51,257 nt of DNA. It comes from Akkermansiaceae bacterium (GTDB lineage Bacteria; Verrucomicrobiota; Verrucomicrobiia; Verrucomicrobiales; Akkermansiaceae). The notes under the pieces are model-generated. The model saw only the letters and a program-made list of their open reading frames with translations. It was not told the origin of the DNA and did no database searches. The position numbers and the translations under genes were made by a program. Shown one piece after another: positions 1 to 10,138 of the stretch (position 1 is the stretch's first letter; each line of letters opens with the position of its first letter). The stretch is taken from assembly GCA_025457625.1 (NCBI GenBank), contig JALOUA010000002.1, positions 1-51,257 of the forward strand, read 5' to 3'.

Positions 1-2210
1 TCGTCCTCGAACGAGATGAAGAACTGCGAGCGGCCGGGGTCGCCCTGGCGGGCGCAGCGGCCGCGGAGCTGGCGGTCGATGCGGCGCGATTCGTGGCGCT
101 CGGTGCCGATGACGAAAAGGCCGCCGAGTTCGGGCACGCCCTCGCCGAGTTTGATGTCGGTGCCGCGGCCGGCCATGTTGGTGGAAACGGTGACCGCGCC
201 TTTCTGGCCGGCGCGTGAGACGATTTCGGCCTCCTGTTCATGGAACTTGGCGTTGAGCACCGAGTGCGGGATTTTGGCGCGCTTGAGCATCCGCGCCAGG
301 GTTTCCGAGGATTCGACGGATGCGGTGCCGCAGAGGCAGGGCTGGCCCTTGGCATGGGCGGCCTCGATGGTGGCGATGACGGCGTTGTATTTCTCGCGGC
401 GGGTCTTGAAGACCTGGTCGTTCTCATCGACGCGGATGTTGGGCGCGTTGGTGGGGATGGGCAACACGTCGAGCCGGTAGATGTCGTGGAACTCGGCGGC
501 CTCGGTCTCGGCGGTGCCGGTCATGCCCGCGAGTTTCTGATAGAGACGGAAGTAGTTCTGGATGGTGATGGTGGCGAAGGTCTGGGTCTCCTTCTCGATG
601 GCGACGCCCTCCTTGGCCTCGACCGCCTGGTGGAGTCCGTCGGACCAGCGGCGGCCGGGCATTTCGCGGCCGGTGTTTTCATCGACGATGCAGACCTTGC
701 CATCCTTGACGACGTATTGCACGTCCTTCTCGAAGACGCAGTAGGCCTTGAGGAGTTGGGAGATGTTGTGGATTTTCTCGGCCTGGGCGTCCATGCGGCG
801 CTGGCACTCATCCTTGGCGGCGATCTTCTGTTCGTCGGTGAGACTGCGGTTGGTGTCGATGTCGGCGAAAAGCGTGCCGAGGTCGGGCAGGGTGAAGGAA
901 TCCGGATCGCCGGGAGAGAGGAATTCGCGGCCCATTTCCATCAGGTCGGAGTCGTGGCCCTTTTCGTCAATGATGAAGTAGAGTTCCTCCTTGAGGGCGA
1001 AGAGTTCCTTTTTCTGCGCGTCCTGGTGGAAGGAAAGCTCGGCCTTTTCCATCAGGCGGCGCATTTCGGGTTCCTCCATGTAGCGCATGAGCTGGCGGTT
1101 GCGCGGCTGGCCGAGCTTGAGTTTGTAAAGCAGGCGTCCGGCACCGTCCTTGTCGCCGGCGTCCCAGAGTTGTTTGAGTTCGACCGCGACCTCGTTGCAG
1201 AGCTGGGTCTGGCGTTTGACGAGTTGTTCGACGAGCGGCTTGTATTTGTCGAACTGGTGGGAGGTGTGCGATGAGGGGCCGGAAATGATCAGCGGCGTGC
1301 GGGCCTCGTCGATGAGGATGGAGTCCACTTCGTCGATGATGGCGAGGTAATGGCCGCGCTGGACCTGTTCGTCCCTGGTTGCGGCCATGCCGTTGTCGCG
1401 CAGGTAGTCGAACCCGAACTCGGCGTTGGTGCCGTAAGTGATGTCGCAGGCGTATTCGGCGCGGCGCTCCCACGGCGGCATCTGGTTCTGAATGCAGCCG
1501 ACGGTGAGCCCGAGGAACTGGTAGAGCGAGCCCATCCAGTCGGCGTCGCGGCGGGCGAGGTAGTCGTTGACGGTGACGATGTGCACGCCCAGTCCGGTGA
1601 GCGCGTTCAGATAGACGGGCAGGGTGGCGACCAGTGTCTTGCCCTCGCCGGTTTGCATTTCGGCAATCATGCCGCGGTGCAGGGCAACCCCGCCGATGAG
1701 CTGGACGTCGAAGTGCACCATCTCCCAGAGGATCGGATGGTCGTTGACGGTGATGGTGGTGCCGCACATGCGGCGTGCGGCGTTTTTGACGACGGCGTAG
1801 GCTTCGGGCAGGATTTGTTCGAGATAGCGTGCGCGGGCTTTGGGAAACTCGGCCGCAGCCTCTTGGAAGGCGGCCTTGGCGGCTTCGATTGATTCGGCGG
1901 TGGGGGCGACTTGCGCGGGAAGCGCGGGGAACTCGGCGCGCAGCGGAGCAAGGCGTGTTTCCAGATCGGCGGCTGTGGTGGCGAGCGCGGCGGCATCCAT
2001 GCGCTCGATCACCGGTTTGGCGGGCGCATCCAGCACATGATAGCGGGCGAGATGGGCCTGCCACTGGCGGGTCATCTCGCGCAGTTTCTCCTCGGGCTCG
2101 CGTTGCAGCGCTTCTTCGATTTCATTGATGCGGGCGACCGTCGGGCGGATGCGGCGCACTTCGCGCTGGTTTTTGCTGCCGACGATTTTCTGGAGAATCC
2201 ACTTGATCAT
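1..2210 (-). CDS. secA: Preprotein translocase subunit SecA (3' part runs off the window's left edge)
   Basis: Not in the ORF track because there is no stop in the window. Manual translation from ATG 2210 gives [20 protein letters not shown]..., [69 protein letters not shown] and [14 protein letters not shown]. Confidence 0.98.
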   Translation of the reverse strand, partial: MIKWILQKIVGSKNQREVRRIRPTVARINEIEEALQREPEEKLREMTRQWQAHLARYHVLDAPAKPVIERMDAAALATTAADLETRLAPLRAEFPALPAQVAPTAESIEAAKAAFQEAAAEFPKARARYLEQILPEAYAVVKNAARRMCGTTITVNDHPILWEMVHFDVQLIGGVALHRGMIAEMQTGEGKTLVATLPVYLNALTGLGVHIVTVNDYLARRDADWMGSLYQFLGLTVGCIQNQMPPWERRAEYACDITYGTNAEFGFDYLRDNGMAATRDEQVQRGHYLAIIDEVDSILIDEARTPLIISGPSSHTSHQFDKYKPLVEQLVKRQTQLCNEVAVELKQLWDAGDKDGAGRLLYKLKLGQPRNRQLMRYMEEPEMRRLMEKAELSFHQDAQKKELFALKEELYFIIDEKGHDSDLMEMGREFLSPGDPDSFTLPDLGTLFADIDTNRSLTDEQKIAAKDECQRRMDAQAEKIHNISQLLKAYCVFEKDVQYVVKDGKVCIVDENTGREMPGRRWSDGLHQAVEAKEGVAIEKETQTFATITIQNYFRLYQKLAGMTGTAETEAAEFHDIYRLDVLPIPTNAPNIRVDENDQVFKTRREKYNAVIATIEAAHAKGQPCLCGTASVESSETLARMLKRAKIPHSVLNAKFHEQEAEIVSRAGQKGAVTVSTNMAGRGTDIKLGEGVPELGGLFVIGTERHESRRIDRQLRGRCARQGDPGRSQFFISFED

Positions 2211-2282
2211 GTGAGAGCTGGGGTAGGGCGGAAAACCCGCCGGGGCGGAGGCCATACACCGGCAGGCGGGCGGGTGCAAGCG

Positions 2283-3488
2283 CTAGGCTTCACCTGCGCG
2301 CGGGCAGTGGATCCGCGGTTTGGCGGTTTCCCCGTTCCGCATCAGAGAGGGGGCGAGAGCCGCCAGCCAGATGAGACCCGCGAGCGTCCATGTCCAGGCG
2401 GCGTAATGGTGGTGGGATACCCGGATGGCAGGCAGGAAATCCGCGCTCATGCGGGTGGTGGCTGCCAGGATGAGGAGTCCCGTCACCCAGCGCAGCCAGA
2501 GGATCCGCCCGCCTAACAGGTCGTGGCGTCCGGCATGGCCGAGGATCACGCGGGTTCCCACCGCCAGGGTGGCCAGGCCGAGGCCGGAGGCGAAAAACAA
2601 GTGCAGGGATCCGACCCGGGCGGATGGCCAAATGGCGGCACACAGGCAGCCCGCCACGAGACCGGCAATCGCCCAACGCGCGGCATTCCCGTGGGTGGTG
2701 GAGAGTTTCGCGCGGCGGAAGACCGGCAATTCCAGCGAGAACCAAGTCAGGATCACTGCGGCGCGCAGCGATTGTCCGGCCATCGGCCGGAAATGCACCT
2801 CCAGCGCGAAACTCACCAGAATCAGCAGCCCGGCAGTCACGGACGCCCACATCTTGCGCCACCAAGCGGCCGGCGGGCTTGGCTCGTCATCGAATGAATG
2901 GCTGCTGCCCATGCCGAAGAATCGCGGCAGCAGATACGGCCCGATTCCCATCAATGGCAGCAGCAGAAAGCCCTGGAACAAAAGCAAACGCGCCCACTGC
3001 CACTGAACGAGGCCGGGGCTTTTGCCGATCGACAGCAATCCCGCCGCCAGCGCGCCACCCAGCAAGCCTGCGAAAACAAGAACCAAACCCGGCGGGGGAG
3101 TGTCGCGCTTGGCGGAAATCCAGCGAATACCCATCGTGGCGGCCAAGGCCAGCAGCATCGCCGCGAAAGCCGCGTCTCCGGCTTGCACGTGGTTCATCGA
3201 GTGGCTTGCCAGCATCAGGCACCACAGCCCGAGAACGACCCCGAACTCGCCCCATGACCATGGGCGGCTGCCAGTCATCCGTGGAAACGCGGTGCCCAGA
3301 AATCCGGCGACGAAGGCACCCATGAAACACCCGATCATGATTCGTGTGTGCGCCTCGCCCGGGTAAAATGGCAGCCATCCGCCATAGAGCAGCGGCCACA
3401 TCATCACACCCCACATGCTGGCCAGCATGCCCAGCGGAAAAAACAATCGATATGGCTCCTCCCGCACCATTCCCGCCATGCGCTTCAT
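2283..3488 (-). CDS. nnrS: NnrS family membrane protein
   Basis: EPYRLFFPLG N-terminal motif, H...M..GF..GFLGTAFPR, late 'TRVILGHAG' and about 12 hydrophobic segments. Start moved to MKRMAG (3488); the start is uncertain. Confidence 0.8.
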   Translation of the reverse strand: MKRMAGMVREEPYRLFFPLGMLASMWGVMMWPLLYGGWLPFYPGEAHTRIMIGCFMGAFVAGFLGTAFPRMTGSRPWSWGEFGVVLGLWCLMLASHSMNHVQAGDAAFAAMLLALAATMGIRWISAKRDTPPPGLVLVFAGLLGGALAAGLLSIGKSPGLVQWQWARLLLFQGFLLLPLMGIGPYLLPRFFGMGSSHSFDDEPSPPAAWWRKMWASVTAGLLILVSFALEVHFRPMAGQSLRAAVILTWFSLELPVFRRAKLSTTHGNAARWAIAGLVAGCLCAAIWPSARVGSLHLFFASGLGLATLAVGTRVILGHAGRHDLLGGRILWLRWVTGLLILAATTRMSADFLPAIRVSHHHYAAWTWTLAGLIWLAALAPSLMRNGETAKPRIHCPRAGEA

Positions 3489-3659
3489 CGACTTCTCTAT
3501 CAACCGACCCAACCCGCAAATCAAGAAAAAAAATTCGTTAATTGCCCGGGCTGGATCGGGATTGGTCGGGAAACTCCGTAGCGGGCGATGAATCCCGGCA
3601 GTCGCGACTTCCACACCTTGCCCTTGCCGTGGAGCACGGGCCGGCGGGTCCGGGTTGCT

Positions 3660-5519
3660 TCAGCGCAGGGCCTTGAGCAGGGCGTCGTGGAGTTTTTCCT
3701 CACCGAGGTTGCCGAGGTGGCCGCCATTGGGAAACACGGTAAGCCGCCCGCCGCCGAAGGTGCGGTTCATCCATGACATGTCAGACGGGTTTTTGATGAA
3801 ATCGTTGTCGTTGGTGATGACCCGCGCCTTGCGGTTGGACGCCAGGCCGCGGGTGTAGCTGCGCAGGTTCGCCTCGCGCTTGAAGTCCGCGAGCGCGACG
3901 CCCTGCGGCTGATAGTAGGGGAGGACCATTTTGCGGAAATAGTCCTCGTAGGAAAACGCCATGATTTCCTGATAGACGGCGTCGCGCCGCCATTTCGAGA
4001 CCGGGTTCTGCAACACGCCGAGATCATGCCGTGACTCGCAACTGTAGATGATGTCACGCAGGACCATGCGGAACGACAGGCCGATGAGCAGTTGGGATTC
4101 CGTGGCATCGAATGGCGGGCCTGCCTCGGGACCTGGGGCCTCTCTGGCGAGTTTGACCACCTTGAGAAACAGGTTGTCGATGAGGGCTTCGCGCTCGCTT
4201 TGCGGCCATTGATTGGCGGCAAGGGCGTAGTCGTCGAGCTCCTTGACACCGTAGTGGAGGTCGATCGCCGGATTGATCGCGACGTAGCGGGAGAATTGCA
4301 TGGAGCCGGTGGGGCGGCTGCCTTCGGTGGCGGCGAGCTGCAAGGCCTGGAAGCCGCCCATCGAGAAGCCGACCATCGACCGTTCGCCAAACAGGCCGGG
4401 GTGCCTGCGCTCCAGTTCCTTGTCGATGGCCTCGATCATGGCCAGCACATCGGCGCGATCGACGGGCGGATAGGCGGGCACCTTGGCGCTGGAGGCGCGG
4501 GACATGAACTCCGGGTGAAACGAGCTGGTGGTGGTGACCACCGAGAAACCATTCTGATAGAGGTGTTCCGCCACGGACAACTGGCTGAGCGAGAGCCGGT
4601 GTCCGCCGAGTCCGGGATTGATGTAAACCAGCGGCGCGCGCTGCTTTTGCAACCAGCAGTTGAAGGGCATGGTGCGGCCGGTGGAATCGATGCGCACGTT
4701 CATCCGGCGGCCCTGCACCGCAAAATCCGGGTTTAAAGGGCGGACGCGGGCCATTTCGAGCGTTTCGAGCGTGGAAATGTCCACCGGCCCGCGCAGGCTC
4801 ATGTCGGGTTCGCCGGGGGTCACCGCGTGGGTCCAGATGATTTTGGTGTCCGCGTAGGGGTCCGCCGAGCTTTCCGCAAACCTGACGAACTCATCGGTGG
4901 TGGCCGAGAGACGGTTGAAAGAGGTGACCGCGCTGACGTATTGGAGCGGATCAATGTAGTTGAATGGTTCCGCGAGGCGGTCGCCGGCGATTCCAACCGC
5001 GTTGGTCTCATCGCTGGGTCCGAAGACCGGCAGCATGAGGTAGGTGCGCGGCCGCCATCCCCAGTGCATGAAGGTTTCGCCGAAGGCCGCATCCGATTTG
5101 GGCATGTCCCAGCGGCTGGCCACGTCGAAAAATCCGCCGACGCCGACGGTGGTGTTGGTGAGGAACCGCAGCGATTCATCGCCGGCGCCCTGCCAGCGGC
5201 CTTGCAGCATGTGGTTCACCACGCGGCCCGGATAGGTCACGTTGCGGGCGAAATGCTTGATGGATTGGCGGGCGGGTTCCGGCACGACGGCGCGCCACGC
5301 GCGGCCGGTCGGTTGGAGCACACCGACCAGCAGTCCGCGATTCACGACCCAGAAACCGCGGTTCACCGGCTCCAGCGGGTCCGCCATCGCATCCGTGGGC
5401 AGAATCCGCGGAGCGGGGTTGGAGGCGGCCTGCGGCGTGTCATCCGGCGTGTGCGACGGGGCGCAGGACGTCCAGAACACGGCCGCCACAGGCAGCAGGA
5501 TTTTGCAGGTGTTTCTCAT
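3660..5519 (-). CDS. VacJ/MlaA-family lipoprotein fused to a C-terminal alpha/beta hydrolase (lipase-like)
   Basis: Lipobox FWTS-C. MlaA motifs DPLEPVNR, RFLTNTTVGVGGFFDVA, FGETF..WG and YLMLPVFGPS. C-terminal half has GFSMGG (GxSxG), NDNDFI and FPNGGHLGN. Confidence 0.85.
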   Translation of the reverse strand: MRNTCKILLPVAAVFWTSCAPSHTPDDTPQAASNPAPRILPTDAMADPLEPVNRGFWVVNRGLLVGVLQPTGRAWRAVVPEPARQSIKHFARNVTYPGRVVNHMLQGRWQGAGDESLRFLTNTTVGVGGFFDVASRWDMPKSDAAFGETFMHWGWRPRTYLMLPVFGPSDETNAVGIAGDRLAEPFNYIDPLQYVSAVTSFNRLSATTDEFVRFAESSADPYADTKIIWTHAVTPGEPDMSLRGPVDISTLETLEMARVRPLNPDFAVQGRRMNVRIDSTGRTMPFNCWLQKQRAPLVYINPGLGGHRLSLSQLSVAEHLYQNGFSVVTTTSSFHPEFMSRASSAKVPAYPPVDRADVLAMIEAIDKELERRHPGLFGERSMVGFSMGGFQALQLAATEGSRPTGSMQFSRYVAINPAIDLHYGVKELDDYALAANQWPQSEREALIDNLFLKVVKLAREAPGPEAGPPFDATESQLLIGLSFRMVLRDIIYSCESRHDLGVLQNPVSKWRRDAVYQEIMAFSYEDYFRKMVLPYYQPQGVALADFKREANLRSYTRGLASNRKARVITNDNDFIKNPSDMSWMNRTFGGGRLTVFPNGGHLGNLGEEKLHDALLKALR

Positions 5520-5609
5520 AAGCAACGGCACGCACTGCCCTTGGATGCGCGGGCCGTCGCAGTCAACTGGAAAATCCGCTGTTTGATCCGTCGGTGCTAT
5601 TGGCGGCGC

Positions 5610-6761
5610 TTATTTCTCAGGAATGGAATCATGAATCTGTGCCAGGGATAGCACGGTGTAGGCGGTGACCAGCACCGGGTTGGATTCCATCCAGCGGCCG
5701 TTGTCGTTGACCCACGATCCGTCCTCGCGCTGCTTGGAGAGCAGCGTGACGGCGAGGTCGTTGCGCCAGTCGGCTTGTTTGCCGCTCTCGAGGGGAAGCA
5801 TGTCGAGGTTGGCGGCGGAGAGGGCCTTGGACATGGTCTGATAGTAATAATAAAGTCCCTGGGCACCCATGCCCGGGTTTTCATCGAGCGTGTAGTTCCT
5901 GCCGAGCCATGTCTTGACGGCGTTGACGCGCGGATCGTCCGGGCTGAGTTTGGCGTAGATCATCGAGAGCAGGCCCGCATACGACATGGAACCATAGGAG
6001 CGCAGCGCGGTGCGGCCGTCTTCGGTTTTCTCCTCGCCGGCCTTCGACTCGAAGGGCGAATAGGCGAAACCACCCTTGTTTTTCGGATCGTCGGACGCCC
6101 ATCCCTGGTCGTTGCTGTCCGGCAGATTCTGGCAGCGCGAGAGGAACTTGATGGCGGCCTCCCAGTCGAGTTCCGGCTGGTCGCCGAAGTTGCCGTCCTC
6201 GACGACCTTGCGGGACAGGGCGATCGCCTCAATCGCGAGGTAGGTGTTGGATAGGTCGGTGTGGGAAGGATCCGAGCCGTAACCGACGCCGCCATCGTTA
6301 GGGTTGTCGGTTTCCCCCTTTTTGTCGATGTCCCATTGGTTGTTGATGAGGTGTTTGCGCGCCTTGACGATGGCCGGATCGTATTCCCTGCGGTCGGCGG
6401 CCAAGAGGGCGGTGACGGCGGTGGCGGTGTTGTAAACGGAAAGGCCGCGGTTGTAGATGCCGCCGTCCTCTTTTTGCTGGGCGAGCAGCCAGCTGAGACT
6501 CTTTTCGAGGTGGTCCGGCAAGGGTGCCTTGCGGTCGAGATTCGGATCGCGCAGGGCGGCTTTGAGCGCGAGCGCGGTGAAAGCCGGCAACTGCGGGTCG
6601 CTCCAGTAGCCTTCGGCATTCTGTTGCGCCTTGAGCCATGCGTTGCCGCGGGCGATCGACTGGCGGATTTCCTGACGGATCGATTCGTAGGGGTTGGGAT
6701 TATCCGCCGCGGTGGCGGCCAGCGGAGTGGCGATGGCGAGGATGGGAACCAGGAGTTTCAT
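5610..6761 (-). CDS. Secreted prenyltransferase/squalene-oxidase (QW) repeat protein
   Basis: Signal peptide. Repeats WLKAQQNAEGYW, WLLAQQKEDGGI, FLSRCQN..GGFAY and LLSKQREDGSW. No DxDD cyclase motif seen. Confidence 0.8.
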   Translation of the reverse strand: MKLLVPILAIATPLAATAADNPNPYESIRQEIRQSIARGNAWLKAQQNAEGYWSDPQLPAFTALALKAALRDPNLDRKAPLPDHLEKSLSWLLAQQKEDGGIYNRGLSVYNTATAVTALLAADRREYDPAIVKARKHLINNQWDIDKKGETDNPNDGGVGYGSDPSHTDLSNTYLAIEAIALSRKVVEDGNFGDQPELDWEAAIKFLSRCQNLPDSNDQGWASDDPKNKGGFAYSPFESKAGEEKTEDGRTALRSYGSMSYAGLLSMIYAKLSPDDPRVNAVKTWLGRNYTLDENPGMGAQGLYYYYQTMSKALSAANLDMLPLESGKQADWRNDLAVTLLSKQREDGSWVNDNGRWMESNPVLVTAYTVLSLAQIHDSIPEK

Positions 6762-6953
6762 GGATTCAGTGGGGTGGAGCGGGTTGGGATGGAAGCGATG
6801 ATCGCGGTGGGATTTGTTTCGATATCGGGCGCGGTGATTCCGGGTCGGCCGACCTTACGCCGTTTGCGTGGTGGTCCTTGCCGGAAATGTGGCGGCAGCC
6901 TGAATACCAGCCGGACCATGGCGCGGATGATCCACACTGCAAGCGGATGTTGT

Positions 6954-7868
6954 TCATTCCTCCGCCGGATTGAGCCGGCTGCCGAGCTCCAGCCAGACGA
7001 GACGGGTGACGTGGCTGCGAAGTTGGCCGACAGGATCGGCGGCCCCGCTCTGCGGGATGCGCAGGGCGGTCGTGCGCCCGATGTGGCCGCGGAGCAATAC
7101 CAGCAGGCTGCCGGCCAGATCGTCGCGGAGGGTTTCGGGCGAGATCACGGTGAATGAAATCACCTCGGTCGAACGCGTGCCGTCGGCCGGCCCGGCGAGC
7201 CAGATGGCAACGGGTGGCGGACCCATGTCTTCCGGGATGTCGCGCCCGCTGGCGACCTTTGCCGTGACTTTCAGGATGCCGGCGGATGCGCGTTCGATTT
7301 CGCTGGCGAGTTCCCGCAGCAGCGGCTCCAGCAGGATCGCGGTGGATTTTCCGGTGCCGGCATGCAGCGTGACCGGCAGGGCGGCTGCGGCCTCGGCGTT
7401 CCAATCCGGCAATTGCGGACGCAGGCGGCGGATGATGCCGACCGCCGTCCGCATCTGGTCCTCGTCCGGTTTGGCACTGTCCATGACCCGCTCGGCCGCA
7501 AGCAGGGCACGCTGGATTTCACCCATCGCTTCAAGGGTGGAGGAGAGTTTGAGCAAATCCCCCGCGCTTGCGGGCGGGTCATCGCGGTAGAGCGCGAGTG
7601 TCGGCGGATCTTTGAGGTCGCCGGGATCAACGGCCGGGGCGGGTGGATCGGCAAGCGGCTCACGCGGCTGGGCGGTGCCTGCGGGTGCCGGTTTTCCGTC
7701 TTCCGGGTGATCCGCGGGCGGCTGCATCAGTGCGGCCTGCGCGCGGACCATTTCGAGTTGGGGACCGCTTGGCGGTTTGAGGAAATCATGATCGCGCGTG
7801 CCATGCCACCACACGCCGCCAACGACCGCGAGGGCTAACAGGATAACGATCGGCACGGGAATCCTCAC
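6954..7868 (-). CDS. Hypothetical protein with N-terminal membrane anchor
   Basis: 304-aa ORF with a hydrophobic N-terminus and a Pro-rich linker. Its start overlaps the upstream gene's stop by 4 bp. Confidence 0.7.
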   Translation of the reverse strand: MRIPVPIVILLALAVVGGVWWHGTRDHDFLKPPSGPQLEMVRAQAALMQPPADHPEDGKPAPAGTAQPREPLADPPAPAVDPGDLKDPPTLALYRDDPPASAGDLLKLSSTLEAMGEIQRALLAAERVMDSAKPDEDQMRTAVGIIRRLRPQLPDWNAEAAAALPVTLHAGTGKSTAILLEPLLRELASEIERASAGILKVTAKVASGRDIPEDMGPPPVAIWLAGPADGTRSTEVISFTVISPETLRDDLAGSLLVLLRGHIGRTTALRIPQSGAADPVGQLRSHVTRLVWLELGSRLNPAEE

Positions 7869-8998
7869 GGCCCGATGCTGCCGCCTCCGGCATGATCGGG
7901 AAAGCCGAAATCATCGCATGGTGACGTCCCGCGCTTCAGCACCAGGGTGAACTCGTGGCGGTTGTAGGTGAGATGTGTCACGGCAAGTTGACCCAAACCG
8001 GCGGCCGCCGCGCGATTCACCACCTCATCCACCCGGTCATTGATCGCCTGATAGGTTTCGGCATCGGTGAGTTTGAGGGTGAAAATCACGATCCCGCCCG
8101 CGTTCAGACGGCCTGCCAGCCTGACGACATGGGCGATCGAGTTTCGTGCGTCGCCGTTCATGTCGCAGAGGATGGCGTCATAACGCGTCGGAGCATCCGG
8201 CATGAAGGTTGCAACATCCCTGCAAACCTCCTGCAGGCCGTCGGCACGGGCGAGGCGCTTGTCCAGCGGTGCGCGGTCCACGGCCGTCACGCGGTAGCCG
8301 CGCGCGAGCAATTCCGCGGTCATGCCGCCTGGGCTGGCACCCAGTTCGAGCCAATGCGCGCCAGCTTCGGGCATGACGTCGCGCAGCGCCGGATGATGCA
8401 GCGCCTCGGCGATTTTCGCTCCGGCGCGGCTGATTGCGGCGGGTGACGTCTGGCGGATGTGGCGGGTGCCTCCGGGGTGGTATCCGTTGCACTCCAGCGG
8501 GCTTCCCAGTCCGCAAAACAAGCCTTCTTCACCGACCAACAGGAAAAGCGTCTCCCGCCCCGCGTCCTGCTGCTCCGCATCGCGGATCGAGGAACATTCC
8601 GGAGGAAACAACTGCAAGGCCCGGCCGCGGAGGTTTGAGGCGAGCGTTTTGAAATACCGGTTCGGTGATCCCGGATCGAGCGGGCCCGCCAGCAGGGTTT
8701 GTGGCCGCGCCCCGCCGAATTTCCGCCACGCCGCCTGTGCCGCCTTTTCGATGAAACCCTCCGTTTCCCGCGGGCGGCATGGCCACATGTGATGCACCGG
8801 CAGGTTCCAACGCAGGAACTTCGCCGCCGCCGAATCACGGATGCGTGAGGGATCTGCAATCCGGATCAGCAGGTAATCCCGGCCGGTTTTTCTCACACAT
8901 TCCGCGCCCAGACCGTGCAGGATCTCCGCTTCGAGGCCCGTGAATGCCTGCGGCAGCCTCACCAGCCACAGGGCGCGCGAATCCGCTTCAGCTTTCAT
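7865..8998 (-). CDS. FtsJ/RlmM-like SAM-dependent rRNA 2'-O-methyltransferase
   Basis: SRAGAKIAEA, WLELGASPGGMT..L..RG..VTAVD, ILCDM, IFTLKL and NRHEFT motifs. Confidence 0.8.
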   Translation of the reverse strand: MKAEADSRALWLVRLPQAFTGLEAEILHGLGAECVRKTGRDYLLIRIADPSRIRDSAAAKFLRWNLPVHHMWPCRPRETEGFIEKAAQAAWRKFGGARPQTLLAGPLDPGSPNRYFKTLASNLRGRALQLFPPECSSIRDAEQQDAGRETLFLLVGEEGLFCGLGSPLECNGYHPGGTRHIRQTSPAAISRAGAKIAEALHHPALRDVMPEAGAHWLELGASPGGMTAELLARGYRVTAVDRAPLDKRLARADGLQEVCRDVATFMPDAPTRYDAILCDMNGDARNSIAHVVRLAGRLNAGGIVIFTLKLTDAETYQAINDRVDEVVNRAAAAGLGQLAVTHLTYNRHEFTLVLKRGTSPCDDFGFPDHAGGGSIGP

Positions 8999-9040
8999 CG
9001 CCGGTGGCTGGAAACTCCGCGCGCATGGTGGATGCGGAGA

Positions 9041-9802
9041 TCATGAATCCGATGGGGTTTCCGGCACTCCGCCGCCGGGCCAGATGAGTTCGAAGCCGTT
9101 GGCGGGTTTCTCCGCCTGGCGGATCAGGCCGTTGGCGGTGAGGCCGAGCCAGGCGTTGAAGTCGCAGCCCGTGGCTTCGAGCGCCTGGAGCGTCCACACA
9201 TTGCAGACGCGCGGGATGAAATAACGGTATCGGCACTCCAACTGCACGCCATCCCCCCAACTCGACGCGCAGACGACGACGGGCCGGCCGTCATCGTCGC
9301 TTTTGACGCACTCGTTGAGGAAATGGGCGAGTGCCGGCCCATCATCGCGCGGCACGAGTTTCCGCCAGATCCGTTGTTGCGGGATGACTTCGGCGACGTC
9401 CCAGTTCACGGGGATGAGCTCCATCACCGAGCGGGTGGGCGTGAAGAGGACCCGGAACACCTTCCATGGATGGTCGAAACCTTCCGCCGAATAGGCGTCG
9501 CGGTTGCCCCAGCTCATCGCAACGTGGCGCGGCTGGCCGAAGTCCGCCGGCGGCACGAATCCGGACTCCAACAGCCAATCGTAGGGCACCACCAGTCCGG
9601 TGTGATAACGGTCGGAAATCAACCAGATCAACACATCGGGATCGCGCGGCGGGGTGGCGGCCGGAGCGGTGGCGTCCATGCCCACCTCCATGCGTTGCAC
9701 CGGTGTTTCCGGCACCGGCAGCCGCAGGCTGCAGGAGGTGATGCATGCCGGTGCAAGGAACCAGCACAGCGCCATGCATAGCATCCGGAAACGTGCCATC
9801 AA
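9041..9802 (-). CDS. DUF2459-like putative lipoprotein
   Basis: Lipobox-like ITS-C, plus HTGLVVP, SWGNRDAY and Y....CNVWT...L motifs. Confidence 0.65.
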   Translation of the reverse strand: MMARFRMLCMALCWFLAPACITSCSLRLPVPETPVQRMEVGMDATAPAATPPRDPDVLIWLISDRYHTGLVVPYDWLLESGFVPPADFGQPRHVAMSWGNRDAYSAEGFDHPWKVFRVLFTPTRSVMELIPVNWDVAEVIPQQRIWRKLVPRDDGPALAHFLNECVKSDDDGRPVVVCASSWGDGVQLECRYRYFIPRVCNVWTLQALEATGCDFNAWLGLTANGLIRQAEKPANGFELIWPGGGVPETPSDS

Positions 9803-10119
9803 GCGGGCAGGAACGAGCAGATGTATTCGCAGATGCCTTCCTCCACCGTGATGGTGAAGCCGCTGTTGCCGCCGACCTCGAACGAGGAGCCGGCCTCGAT
9901 GGCGCTTGTCTCGGACGTGCCGTCAAGCCGCACCTTGCAGTCGCCGGCGATGATTTCCATCAGCTCCGGCGCGGCGGTGCCGAAATGATAGGTGCCCGGA
10001 TAGATCAGCCCGAGTGTTTTCTTCGATCCATCCGCGCCATGCACGGTATGGGAGACGACTTTGCCGTCGAAATACACATTGGCTTTGGCATCGACGGTGA
10101 CGTTGGCGAACGAGGTCAT
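9799..10119 (-). CDS. ppnP: Pyrimidine/purine nucleoside phosphorylase (DUF1255 cupin)
   Basis: KANVYFDGKVVS, DGSKKTLGLIYPGTYHFGT..PELMEI and terminal YICSF. True start MTSFAN at 10119 (106 aa). Confidence 0.9.
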   Translation of the reverse strand: MTSFANVTVDAKANVYFDGKVVSHTVHGADGSKKTLGLIYPGTYHFGTAAPELMEIIAGDCKVRLDGTSETSAIEAGSSFEVGGNSGFTITVEEGICEYICSFLPA

Positions 10120-10138
10120 GGTTGCGTGGGTGGTGATG

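Noticed and set aside
3490-3560. FNR/NnrR box upstream of nnrS
   Set aside because: Only ATCAA half-sites are present; there is no TTGAT-N4-ATCAA.
5610-6761. Squalene-hopene cyclase / hopanoid synthesis
   Set aside because: Too short, has a signal peptide, lacks DxDD, and no hpn genes are nearby.
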